DNA of 64,000 nucleotides from Candidatus Micrarchaeota archaeon (GTDB lineage Archaea; Micrarchaeota; Micrarchaeia; Micrarchaeales; CABMGC01). A program made the position numbers and the translations under genes. This document shows positions 33,392 to 41,794 of this stretch, one piece after another. Within the stretch, counting starts at the first letter, position 1; each line of letters opens with the position of its first letter. The stretch lies in assembly GCA_028867145.1 (NCBI GenBank), contig JAGWGX010000001.1:27829-91828 (forward strand), in the 5' to 3' direction. The notes under the pieces were generated by a model that was not told the origin of the DNA, did not search any database, and saw only the letters and a list, made by a program, of their open reading frames with translations.

Positions 33392-36064
33392 CTATCCAGA
33401 CCTTGGTATTCCGACCGTCTGCCACTCATTGGCCCCAGTTGTGATTGAAGAGAGGCCCGGAGCGTTGTAAGCGCCACTAAAGTATGGGAAGTTCACGTTA
33501 ACTATTGTGCCATTACCGCCATTTCCACTGTAGTCAATAGGATTGCCATTTAGCGGCCACCAGCCCGCAAGTGCATTGGATGAAACTGGCAGGCCCTGAA
33601 TCCCGCTTCGATAGAGCTGCTTAACTTGGTTGGAAGAGAGTGGGCCACCATAAACTTGCAGGTTTGATATCTGTCCAATAAAGTCATAGTTAGGACAACC
33701 TGTTGCAAGCTCACCTATTGATCCTACACCATTTGGGTGATTTTGTAGGGTTCCACTATATGCGGCCTGCGTCATTAGAGTTCCGTTTATGTAGATGTAC
33801 CTAGTTGACCCATCCCAGACCGCTACGATATTGTACCAAGTATTTAGTCCGTTCACGGGATAGCTCAAGTCAGAGATTCCTCCATTATTAAGCCTAAATT
33901 TGACGTAGGAACTCTCTAAGAAGAGCATGTATTGCGCATTGCAGCCGGTTTGTTGATAGATATTTCCGTTGTTCAAACCTGTTGCTGAGGTTGGGTAAAT
34001 CCATGCAGAAATGCTGAGTGGACCAACTATGTTCAGCGCGTTATTCGGATTAGCAACGTTTATGTAGCTATTTTGCAGCAAGCCGTTAAAGTTTGCGACC
34101 TGAAGGGAACTCTGTTGAAGTCCCAGAGGCAGGTATCCCAGATATGCGTGAGGCAGGAGGCTGTTAGAGCACTGCGAATTGCTGTTGCAGTTGAGAAGAC
34201 CGGGGATTGGGGACAGGGCGGTTGGCGTGGTAACGGACAGGATTGAATCTCTTACGTAATTTGTCGGAAGAGTATAGATAACGTTTGTTGGAATGCCGTT
34301 GTTGCCCTGGCCGCTATAGTCATTTGTATTTCCATTGAGCGGCCACCAGCCAACTATTCCAGAGTTGCTTGGAGGTAGGCCATTAAGTCCCTCTTGGTAG
34401 AGTTGATAGATTTGCTGCGCGCCAAGCGTCTTGTTGTAAACTTGAGCATTTGCTATACCGCCAGGGAAGAATCTATCTATCATCAGTTCACCGCCGATTT
34501 CAAGACCTGCGCTTCCACTTAGAGCAATATTTCCGGTTACAGCGATCGTGTTGGATTGCACGCCGTTAAGGTACATCACCACATTTGCGCCATTGTAAGT
34601 AACGCCCACCTGCGTCCACTGATTTAGACTAATTGGAGTTGATGAAAGATAGTAGCCAGCAGGTGCGACGCCGTAGAAGTAGGCCCCGAGGTATGGAACT
34701 CCGCCAATGGTCCTACCCACCAGGTAGTATTCATTTGCATCCTCAACTATGGAACCTTGGGTATTTGCGTTGTTTAGATTCACCCAAGCCAAGATAGTTA
34801 TCTGACTCTTCCCATTGAAATCAGGATTATTGGAGGGAATGGTAACATAACTTATTGGGCTTATTGAGTTAAAGGCGCCCACCTGCGGAGTGGATGTTGA
34901 AAAAGAGAACAGGCCATTCGGATTTTGCTTAAGAACTGACTGTTGGGCTCTGTCAAGATAGGAAGGCGTGAGGGGCGATGCAAAGTAGTAGCCGCCCGAT
35001 GCTGCAGTTATCAGATTCTGGATGCTGTAGACGCTTAGCGTGTTTCCGGATATCAGAACCTGTTGCCCATTTTTTATGTTGCCAAGCACACCTGTTGCAG
35101 AAGGATACGCGAGCCAGGGGATTGATGGAGAAAGCGTTACGCTGTTTATGCTGTAGGTTATAAGTCCCCCATACTGATTTGCACACTGGGCGCCAGAAGC
35201 ACCGCCTGTTATCCCGATTGCATTTGATGTAGCAAGTATCAGCATCTGGTTGTACGGAGCGAAGGAGAAAGCGGGAACGTTTGCGGCCACCATTGTGGAG
35301 AGGCTTCCGCAGGTCAACCCTCCTGCGCCAGTTGGCACTTGATATACCGGGCCATAGGCACTTGCAAGGTAGTTTCCGTTTGTGGCATTTACGTTTCCAA
35401 TCAGCGTTGTAAGGTTGCTAGTCTGGCTGAACCTTATGTTTCTCGGGACTCCCTGCTGATAGTAGAAAAGATCAGGCGTGTTGTTTAGGGAGAGCGTCGC
35501 ATTTACAGGTATCTGGTACCTGAACTTTCCTGCTGAGGAATTTAGTAGAATGTTTTGGACATAGTTCACGCTAAGTGTGTAGGGGCTGCTCTGGGAAATT
35601 ACGGGCTTGCTCTGATTCACGGAAAGCACAATAGCACCTAAATTGAGAGTACTTGAGAGCGAGAGGTTGTATGCGGAGATTGTGAGATTTGCCATCTGGC
35701 TCTTGAGGTAGTTTGCTGGTATTGAATTTGACGCGACATTTGGAAGGGTGCCATTTACCATCAGGTATGTTAGGTACAGGCTTGTGTTTGAGATGAAGTT
35801 GCTCTTCCTCATAGAGGCATTTAACTCGTAGTTTGCGAGCGTCTTCATTGCCTGTGAAAGGCTCGCTGATGCAAATAGCCCAGCGCTTGTCCCGAGCGCT
35901 TTGCCGTAGTTTATGGATCCGGAGCCGAGCGCAAGTGAGGTATCAAGATTGTTGTAGTTTACATTGAGCAGTGCAAATGTGATGAGCTCGCCGAGTATCA
36001 GTAGGAAGAGGACGAGTATTAGTATCGTCATGAACAGGCCTTTCTTGTTGGAGTTTAGCGCCAT
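33392..36064 (-). CDS. Giant pilin-like protein (890 aa) with N-terminal hydrophobic class III-like signal and at least 2 LamG-type modules
   Basis: N-terminal NSNKKGLFMTILILVLFLLILGELITFALL. Two copies of the junction ...Q[VI]Y...QLY..G[LI].G.P...........WWPLNGN..DYSG.G.NG, which is typical of Laminin_G_3 (concanavalin-like) domains. Confidence 0.7.
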   Translation of the reverse strand: MALNSNKKGLFMTILILVLFLLILGELITFALLNVNYNNLDTSLALGSGSINYGKALGTSAGLFASASLSQAMKTLANYELNASMRKSNFISNTSLYLTYLMVNGTLPNVASNSIPANYLKSQMANLTISAYNLSLSSTLNLGAIVLSVNQSKPVISQSSPYTLSVNYVQNILLNSSAGKFRYQIPVNATLSLNNTPDLFYYQQGVPRNIRFSQTSNLTTLIGNVNATNGNYLASAYGPVYQVPTGAGGLTCGSLSTMVAANVPAFSFAPYNQMLILATSNAIGITGGASGAQCANQYGGLITYSINSVTLSPSIPWLAYPSATGVLGNIKNGQQVLISGNTLSVYSIQNLITAASGGYYFASPLTPSYLDRAQQSVLKQNPNGLFSFSTSTPQVGAFNSISPISYVTIPSNNPDFNGKSQITILAWVNLNNANTQGSIVEDANEYYLVGRTIGGVPYLGAYFYGVAPAGYYLSSTPISLNQWTQVGVTYNGANVVMYLNGVQSNTIAVTGNIALSGSAGLEIGGELMIDRFFPGGIANAQVYNKTLGAQQIYQLYQEGLNGLPPSNSGIVGWWPLNGNTNDYSGQGNNGIPTNVIYTLPTNYVRDSILSVTTPTALSPIPGLLNCNSNSQCSNSLLPHAYLGYLPLGLQQSSLQVANFNGLLQNSYINVANPNNALNIVGPLSISAWIYPTSATGLNNGNIYQQTGCNAQYMLFLESSYVKFRLNNGGISDLSYPVNGLNTWYNIVAVWDGSTRYIYINGTLMTQAAYSGTLQNHPNGVGSIGELATGCPNYDFIGQISNLQVYGGPLSSNQVKQLYRSGIQGLPVSSNALAGWWPLNGNPIDYSGNGGNGTIVNVNFPYFSGAYNAPGLSSITTGANEWQTVGIPRSG

Positions 36065-38256
36065 GAGACCACGTTTACCTTATAGAGCTTTGTAATTCCT
36101 GTAGTATAATTGGTTATCGGCATCGCGACCCCGGAGCTGCTAACCTGATACGAGTTTAGGTAACCCGAAGGAAGATAGTTCCCAGGCTTGTAGACTACGT
36201 TTGTTGGATACTGGGTGTTTCCAAGCCCGCTGTAATCGTTTGAGTCTCCCGCAAGAGGGTACCAGGCCACAAGACCAGAATTGGAAAGGGGTGGTCCCTG
36301 CAGCCCGGAGGCGTATATCTTTGAGATTTGTAATGGAGAGAGGCTTGAGTTATAGATTTGCAGGTTGGCGATTGAACCTGAGAAGTAGTCATTAGCCTGT
36401 CCTCCAATGCTCCCCACGCTGTAACCGATACCGGAGTAGGTAGCCCCGGAATTAATCTCAGGCTGTCCGGCGCTGCTTTGAAGGTTGTTATTCAGGTAGA
36501 GTTGATAGGTGCCTTTGACGCCACCCACGGTGAGCACGCCTGCAACAAAGGACCATTTGTTTAAGGGGATGGTAAGTGAAGAGGTAAACGATTGCCAATT
36601 GCCCGGAACAGTGTTTATGTTCCATGTGGCTATGTAGAGGTTGCAAGAGGGAGTGAGTTCAAATGCGAGCGTAACCTGCGGAACCCCTTCAGTATAAATT
36701 TCTGGGGATGAAGAGCAGCTTGAGGGGTTTATCCAACCAGAAATAGTGAATGTTTGAAGATTATTTAGGACCGCTTTTGTCGGATTTAGAGTGTAGCTAT
36801 TTGTCCCCGTGAAAGTTGCGACGCTCCTTCCGGGGGCAAAGGTGTTGTTCAGGAAGATTGAGTAGTTGGTCATAGGTGCTATGCTGTTAACAAGCGCATC
36901 TGCGCAGCTTCCGCCGCCATTCAAATAGAGGGAGGAGGCAAATGAAACCAGAGACTTTGAGGACTGCAGATTGCAGGTGCCAAACGAAATCACGTTTGAT
37001 CCCACAACAGCATAGAGCCTGCCGTAAGCAAGGGCCATGTCACCAAAGGCAAGCGAGCCAAGCTGTGTTGGCACTTTGGTGTACCAGATTATGCTGCCCG
37101 TACTTGTGTTCATAGCTACAATGTAGTTGTTGGACCATTCAGTGTATACAGTCTTTGCAGAAACAACGACTATCCCCCAAGAGGAGGATGTGCCCACCAC
37201 CGTAGAAGGGATTGAGCTCCATAACTGAACCCCATTTGAAGCTACGGCTGTCACCGCATTTGAGGTCTGATAGTAGATTATGTTGTTGTATATCGCCGGC
37301 TGTGTCGCGGTGTTTATTATTGAATATGGGAAGCCTGAAACCTGCGTTCCGTCTACATACATCGCATTTGCCTGCGTTGAACCCTGTAGGGCGACTATAT
37401 TGGTTCCGGGAACGACTGAAAATCCCAGCGTTGGAGCAAGAGAGGCGCTCCAAATCGCATTTGCCGAGGAGCCAAAGTCCTCCATTAAGTTAAACAGATT
37501 TCCAGCATGTATTATGCCAATTGAGCCAGAGATAACCGCGAGGGAGTACCCGCCGCTTGGGACGGTATATTTCCAGGCATTTGTCCCGTTGTTTAGATAG
37601 TATGCAAGGTCTGTGGCTTGAGCTCCTATCTTTCCACCGAAGTAAATTTTATTGTTGTAAATTAGAAGGGGGGAGGAATAGGGGGTCAGGTATCCCATGC
37701 TAGCTGCGCCGCTTGAGCTCCATATCAAGGCGTTTGTAGAGGGGTTCACAGCAGTTAGGTTTGTCGCGTTGGGATAGATTAGCATTCCAGAGGCTATTGC
37801 AGGGTCACCATAGATTGTGGAACCCGTAGTTTTTTTCCAAACCATATTGCCGTTGGTTGCGTTTATCGCATACAGCGTATTTCCTGCGCCGAAAAATACC
37901 TTCCCGTAGTCAATTGTCATGTTGGTTGGGGTCGCGCCTGCATTGAATAGGAAAGAGATCGAAGGAGATAGTGGCCCATGAACATTGCTTCCCGTGTGGT
38001 AAGCGTCCGCCCTATATTGGTCCCAAACCTCTGTGCTTGCGTTTGCCTGATAGGTAAGATTTGAGGCAAGCGCGCTTGAGAATGCAGTATCGAAAGTTCC
38101 CGTTGAGAGCAGAGTTTGCAGGGTCGACGCCGCGGAGGAGTAGCTTAAAATCGTCGAGGTCTGGGGAAGGTAGAAGAAATAGGAGAGCAGCGCTATGCCT
38201 GAGACTGCTATTATCAGGGCGAAGATGGAATCAAGGGTGAATATAACCAGCTTCAT
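36055..38256 (-). CDS. Pilin-like protein with PQQ-type beta-propeller-like repeats and C-terminal LamG-type module
   Basis: N-terminal MKLVIFTLDSIFALIIAVSGIALL (ATG 38256, track TTG 38271). Repeats of the type GNMVWKKTTGSTIYGDPAI / ALIWSS / IIWYTK. C-terminal ...LQIYNSSLSPLQISKIYASGLQGPPLSNSGLVAWYPLAGDSNDYSGLGN. Confidence 0.65.
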   Translation of the reverse strand: MKLVIFTLDSIFALIIAVSGIALLSYFFYLPQTSTILSYSSAASTLQTLLSTGTFDTAFSSALASNLTYQANASTEVWDQYRADAYHTGSNVHGPLSPSISFLFNAGATPTNMTIDYGKVFFGAGNTLYAINATNGNMVWKKTTGSTIYGDPAIASGMLIYPNATNLTAVNPSTNALIWSSSGAASMGYLTPYSSPLLIYNNKIYFGGKIGAQATDLAYYLNNGTNAWKYTVPSGGYSLAVISGSIGIIHAGNLFNLMEDFGSSANAIWSASLAPTLGFSVVPGTNIVALQGSTQANAMYVDGTQVSGFPYSIINTATQPAIYNNIIYYQTSNAVTAVASNGVQLWSSIPSTVVGTSSSWGIVVVSAKTVYTEWSNNYIVAMNTSTGSIIWYTKVPTQLGSLAFGDMALAYGRLYAVVGSNVISFGTCNLQSSKSLVSFASSLYLNGGGSCADALVNSIAPMTNYSIFLNNTFAPGRSVATFTGTNSYTLNPTKAVLNNLQTFTISGWINPSSCSSSPEIYTEGVPQVTLAFELTPSCNLYIATWNINTVPGNWQSFTSSLTIPLNKWSFVAGVLTVGGVKGTYQLYLNNNLQSSAGQPEINSGATYSGIGYSVGSIGGQANDYFSGSIANLQIYNSSLSPLQISKIYASGLQGPPLSNSGLVAWYPLAGDSNDYSGLGNTQYPTNVVYKPGNYLPSGYLNSYQVSSSGVAMPITNYTTGITKLYKVNVVSWR

Positions 38257-38701
38257 CGGCAAACCTTCCAAGCTCTCTGTGCATACAAACTTATTAAACT
38301 TTTTTATTGGAGGCTTTTAATCCCTAAAATCAGTTCGGCATATCTTATCCATCAACAGTATTCTAGGCCAGGGCAAAAATAAATGGCCTCCTCCACGGGC
38401 TTTAGCCCATGGTATCCATGTAACGCAACCATACAAGAAAAATAGACTGTGTGATTCATCCTCGACCTAAAAGGTCGTGGTATTCTTGCCTAAAAACCAA
38501 TCAGAGTAACAGCATCTCTAAAGAGTTTAGCATGATGCAGAGTTCGGAATCAAAGTTTATAATCGTATCTGCGGAGCCTCTAAGACAAGACATTCGAACT
38601 GGTTGTTGATCAATGTAAAGGGTTAAATCAATTCTGCATAGGACCAAATAGTGGGTTTCTAAAAAAGTCCCCTATAGAGGATTCTACAAGCACATAATTG
38701 T

Positions 38702-41038
38702 CTAGTGTATCCATACTCTAGTTATTATCTGCCCTGCCGAACTTGCGCCGCCATTACATCCACTATGACCCGCTGTTCCAGAGATCCCATGTGCCGTATC
38801 GCCTGCTGCACCTCCTGCCCCGCCGCATGCACCGCTTCCGCCTATGCCTCCTCCTCCCCCATTTGCATTGTAGATGCAGGGACTGCCAGTAGATGATGTT
38901 CCGCCGCCGCCTCCGCCGCCGCCGCCGTTGCTGCCTCCTCCGCCACCCGCACCATTTAGCCACTGGCAAGACCAGTAGGTGGAGGAAGGAGGGGAATTAG
39001 GATAATTTGGAGCTCCGCCTCCGCCGCCTCCTCCGCCTCCAACATTCGTGCTTCCCTGAGTAAGCGCTGAATTATATGCTAGGAATATTGTACCACCGTT
39101 ACCACCTGCTCCACCTCCTCCTCCACCCAAACCTGAAGTGTCTGAACCTGATGAGCCTCCAGAAGCACCGTTTGCACCACTGGCAGTAAATACACCGTTG
39201 TTGACTACATTGCCACCATACAGTTCTATTATGCCGCCGCCATTACCACCTGCTCCGCCATTAGCAGCAGAGTTACAACCGTCTGATAAGCCTCCGCCGC
39301 CCCCGCCAGCACCGCCTGCTCCTGCCGCCAAAACTACACCAAGAAACTTACTGGTTCTTGACATACCGGATAAACCTGCTCCCCCATTTGTTGGAGGGTA
39401 GCCACCCCCTGCGCATAGTCCAATAGCTCCTTGTCCGGCTGAACCTCCTGCACCCCCATCATAACTGTCTGTAATAGTTCCTGAGTTTGTTAAGGTGTTA
39501 TTTGCCTGTAGGTAATATCCGTGCTCATCTAGTGTAACACCACTGTTTATATTTATACTGCCGGATGCTACCACGTTACAAGTCAACGTGGAGGTTGAAG
39601 AATAGGTTATCGAACCAAAATAGCTGCCGCAGGTAGGATTAGCAGGTATGGTTGTGGTCGTTGAGGTTGATGTGGAGGTAGAGGAGGTTGTTGAAGTGGA
39701 AGTTGTTGAGGTAGAAGAGGTTGATGTTGTGGAGGTTGACGTGGTAGATGTTGTGGAGGTTGTTGTTGAGGTGAAAGAGCCTGTCTCTGTTATAGGGTTG
39801 TTTAGAGTGACTGAGGGCGATGTCGAGGCGCCAGTGTAGCTGCCGGTTCCGGTTCCGGTCCACCCGTTGAACACGTATCCTGCGTTTGGCGTCTCCCCAA
39901 GGGTTGCGCCGCTGCCGGAGTTGTACCATCCGCTAACAGGAGTTACAGACCCGCCGATTCCAGGAGATGCGGATGTGGTGAGGAAATACTGGGTCATGTA
40001 GTTTCCAGTGAGGGTGCAGTTTGCAACCCCGGATAGTGTCCCTGACTGGGCTGTTGCCCCACATCCTGTCACAAAGCTGTACACGTACTGAACATTCGCC
40101 GCTCCCGAGACCGTCGTCTGGAAAGAATATGAGTGCGAGACTCCCTGCCCAAAGCAGAGGATCTGCGGGAATGAGAGGTATCCGACCCCGTCAATTAGGA
40201 TTGCGTTTGAGGTTGCACCCGAAATAGAAGGAATTGAGATTGTGTAGCAAACAGGAGGGGTGAATGCGACCACCGCATTTGCAACGGTGTTCGCAAACGA
40301 GGCCGTCACGAGCACGTTTCCACTTGAGGAGCTTGAGATGTAGGAGAACGCATTCCCGTTTCCGTCAGTCGTTGTGACGATCGGATTGACTGGGGCGTTA
40401 ATTGAGTTTGAGGTAAAGTTGACGGTTGCGCCCGATACGGGAGTGCCTAGCAGCCTTACATTTGCGGTGAGCTTATCGAGTGAGGTTGAGAGCGCGACCT
40501 GAGAGTAGTTCTGCGCACTTAACGAGACTGTGATTGTGGTCGGAGAGAGAAGCTGCGAGGAGTGGGTGCTGAATGTGCCCGCAAAGTTTTGCCTCTGGTT
40601 ATTTGAGCAGTATACAACGTTGCCGCCCGCGCATGGGGTGTAGCTTAGTATGAATTTTCCAGACGCAAGCGCGCCCTGCGAGAGCGCCGGAGTTATTGTC
40701 GCATTGCAGATTATTGCGCCTCCCGGGAGGACGAAATTTGGCCTGCACGATGCGATTATCGGGCTGTATCCGCTTAGGTTCACATTAAGAAGCGGATTTA
40801 GGATAGGGAATGGGTTGGTGTTTGTCAAAAGGAGCGCAATCTTGGAGAGCGCGTTTGAGGAGCCAAGCACTATGTCCTGGCAGTAGGGACCTGAGTAAAA
40901 GGAACAGGAGGACTGAGTTATTGTGGAGGGAGCAAAGACGAAAAGATAAAGCGAGGCGGTCACGATCGCTGCGATAAGAAACGCCCAACCGTACGTTAGG
41001 ATGTACTCTGTCGCAGATTGGACCTTTTTGCCCGCCAT
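38702..41038 (-). CDS. Pilin-like protein (778 aa): class III signal, Ig-like modules, Ser/Thr linker, about 240-aa Gly-rich C-terminal domain
   Basis: N-terminal KKVQSATEYILTYGWAFLIAAIV. GYVFNGWTGTGTGSYTG block. S/T tract at aa 422-463. The C-terminus is rich in GGAGGNGGG/GGGGGGG runs with interspersed Cys. Confidence 0.75.
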   Translation of the reverse strand: MAGKKVQSATEYILTYGWAFLIAAIVTASLYLFVFAPSTITQSSCSFYSGPYCQDIVLGSSNALSKIALLLTNTNPFPILNPLLNVNLSGYSPIIASCRPNFVLPGGAIICNATITPALSQGALASGKFILSYTPCAGGNVVYCSNNQRQNFAGTFSTHSSQLLSPTTITVSLSAQNYSQVALSTSLDKLTANVRLLGTPVSGATVNFTSNSINAPVNPIVTTTDGNGNAFSYISSSSSGNVLVTASFANTVANAVVAFTPPVCYTISIPSISGATSNAILIDGVGYLSFPQILCFGQGVSHSYSFQTTVSGAANVQYVYSFVTGCGATAQSGTLSGVANCTLTGNYMTQYFLTTSASPGIGGSVTPVSGWYNSGSGATLGETPNAGYVFNGWTGTGTGSYTGASTSPSVTLNNPITETGSFTSTTTSTTSTTSTSTTSTSSTSTTSTSTTSSTSTSTSTTTTIPANPTCGSYFGSITYSSTSTLTCNVVASGSININSGVTLDEHGYYLQANNTLTNSGTITDSYDGGAGGSAGQGAIGLCAGGGYPPTNGGAGLSGMSRTSKFLGVVLAAGAGGAGGGGGGLSDGCNSAANGGAGGNGGGIIELYGGNVVNNGVFTASGANGASGGSSGSDTSGLGGGGGGAGGNGGTIFLAYNSALTQGSTNVGGGGGGGGGAPNYPNSPPSSTYWSCQWLNGAGGGGGSNGGGGGGGGGTSSTGSPCIYNANGGGGGIGGSGACGGAGGAAGDTAHGISGTAGHSGCNGGASSAGQIITRVWIH
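39650..39775 (-). repeat. Low-complexity Ser/Thr-coding tract (aa 422-463)
   Basis: FTSTTTSTTSTTSTSTTSTSSTSTTSTSTTSSTSTSTSTTTT. Same degenerate codon repeat as 31338..31562. Confidence 0.85.
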
Positions 41039-41248
41039 CCTATCATGAGTAATTGCAATAATAGATTTAAATTATCTTCTTAATTAGATGGAATCTGATG
41101 TAAAGTTACTAATTTCTCCTCTCAATTCAAGACATTTAATTATTTGTTTAGGTATCCGCAAAATGTGCACATTTCGTTTGGGCGTCTTTGAAAAATACGC
41201 GATCTCCACCTCTTCAGGGGGTAACAACCAAGGCTTCAAAACTGGAAC

Positions 41249-41794
41249 TTAGCCAATCCCAAATGACGAATTTGTCCAGATAAAAATTTGCATGTTTGCA
41301 CCCTGCCCGTTTATTACTACCGCCTTGTTTGTGAGCTGCTGGGTCACACCGTTTAGCGCGCTGCCCACGAGTGGTGCGGGCTTCTTTCCTATCGCGAGGT
41401 TGTAGTTGCTTGAGCTAATAACTATGTAGTAGTCAAACGAGACGCCCAGAAGCGGCTTTGTTGCAAGGTAGTTTCCATTTGCCATTGAGAAGAGGGCGTT
41501 TACCTTGTTTTGTGAAAGCACGCCCGTTGCACCGTTTCCTAGCCCCACGGTCAGATTTGACCAGGTAAGAGAGTTAGCAGGGTCTGCAATTGAGTACCAG
41601 TTGCTCGGATAGCCCGTCCCGAGTATCTTTTCAGAGAGGCTCTCGAGCTGCAGCTGCATGCTCTGTATGCTTGTGCCAGTTGAGATTGAGGTCTGCGAAT
41701 TTATGGTGTACCAGACAAACGCCATTAGCGAGACTGCAAAAGTGAAGATGACAATCGCGAAGATTGCGTCAAATGAGAGGAATTGTAGTTTCAT
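41249..41794 (-). CDS. Small pilin-like protein (181 aa)
   Basis: N-terminal MKLQFLSFDAIFAIVIFTFAVSLMAFVWY resembles the N-terminus of the 36055 gene (MKL.F...D.IFA..I). ATGA overlap with the upstream giant gene. Confidence 0.6.
   Translation of the reverse strand: MKLQFLSFDAIFAIVIFTFAVSLMAFVWYTINSQTSISTGTSIQSMQLQLESLSEKILGTGYPSNWYSIADPANSLTWSNLTVGLGNGATGVLSQNKVNALFSMANGNYLATKPLLGVSFDYYIVISSSNYNLAIGKKPAPLVGSALNGVTQQLTNKAVVINGQGANMQIFIWTNSSFGIG

Noticed and set aside
38530-38610. GTTCGAA-like strings (AGTTCGGAATC and CATTCGAACT) that resemble tRNA T-loops, raising the possibility of a split or half tRNA.
   Set aside because: I could not build a T-stem, acceptor stem or anticodon arm around either copy on either strand. 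They are better described as an imperfect inverted repeat.
38705-39401. Short ORFs (38705..38896, 38763..38969, 39138..39401) encoding Pro/Arg-rich peptides within the Gly-rich region.
   Set aside because: These are alternative-frame or antisense readings of GGN-rich DNA, fully contained within the 778-aa pilin-like gene.
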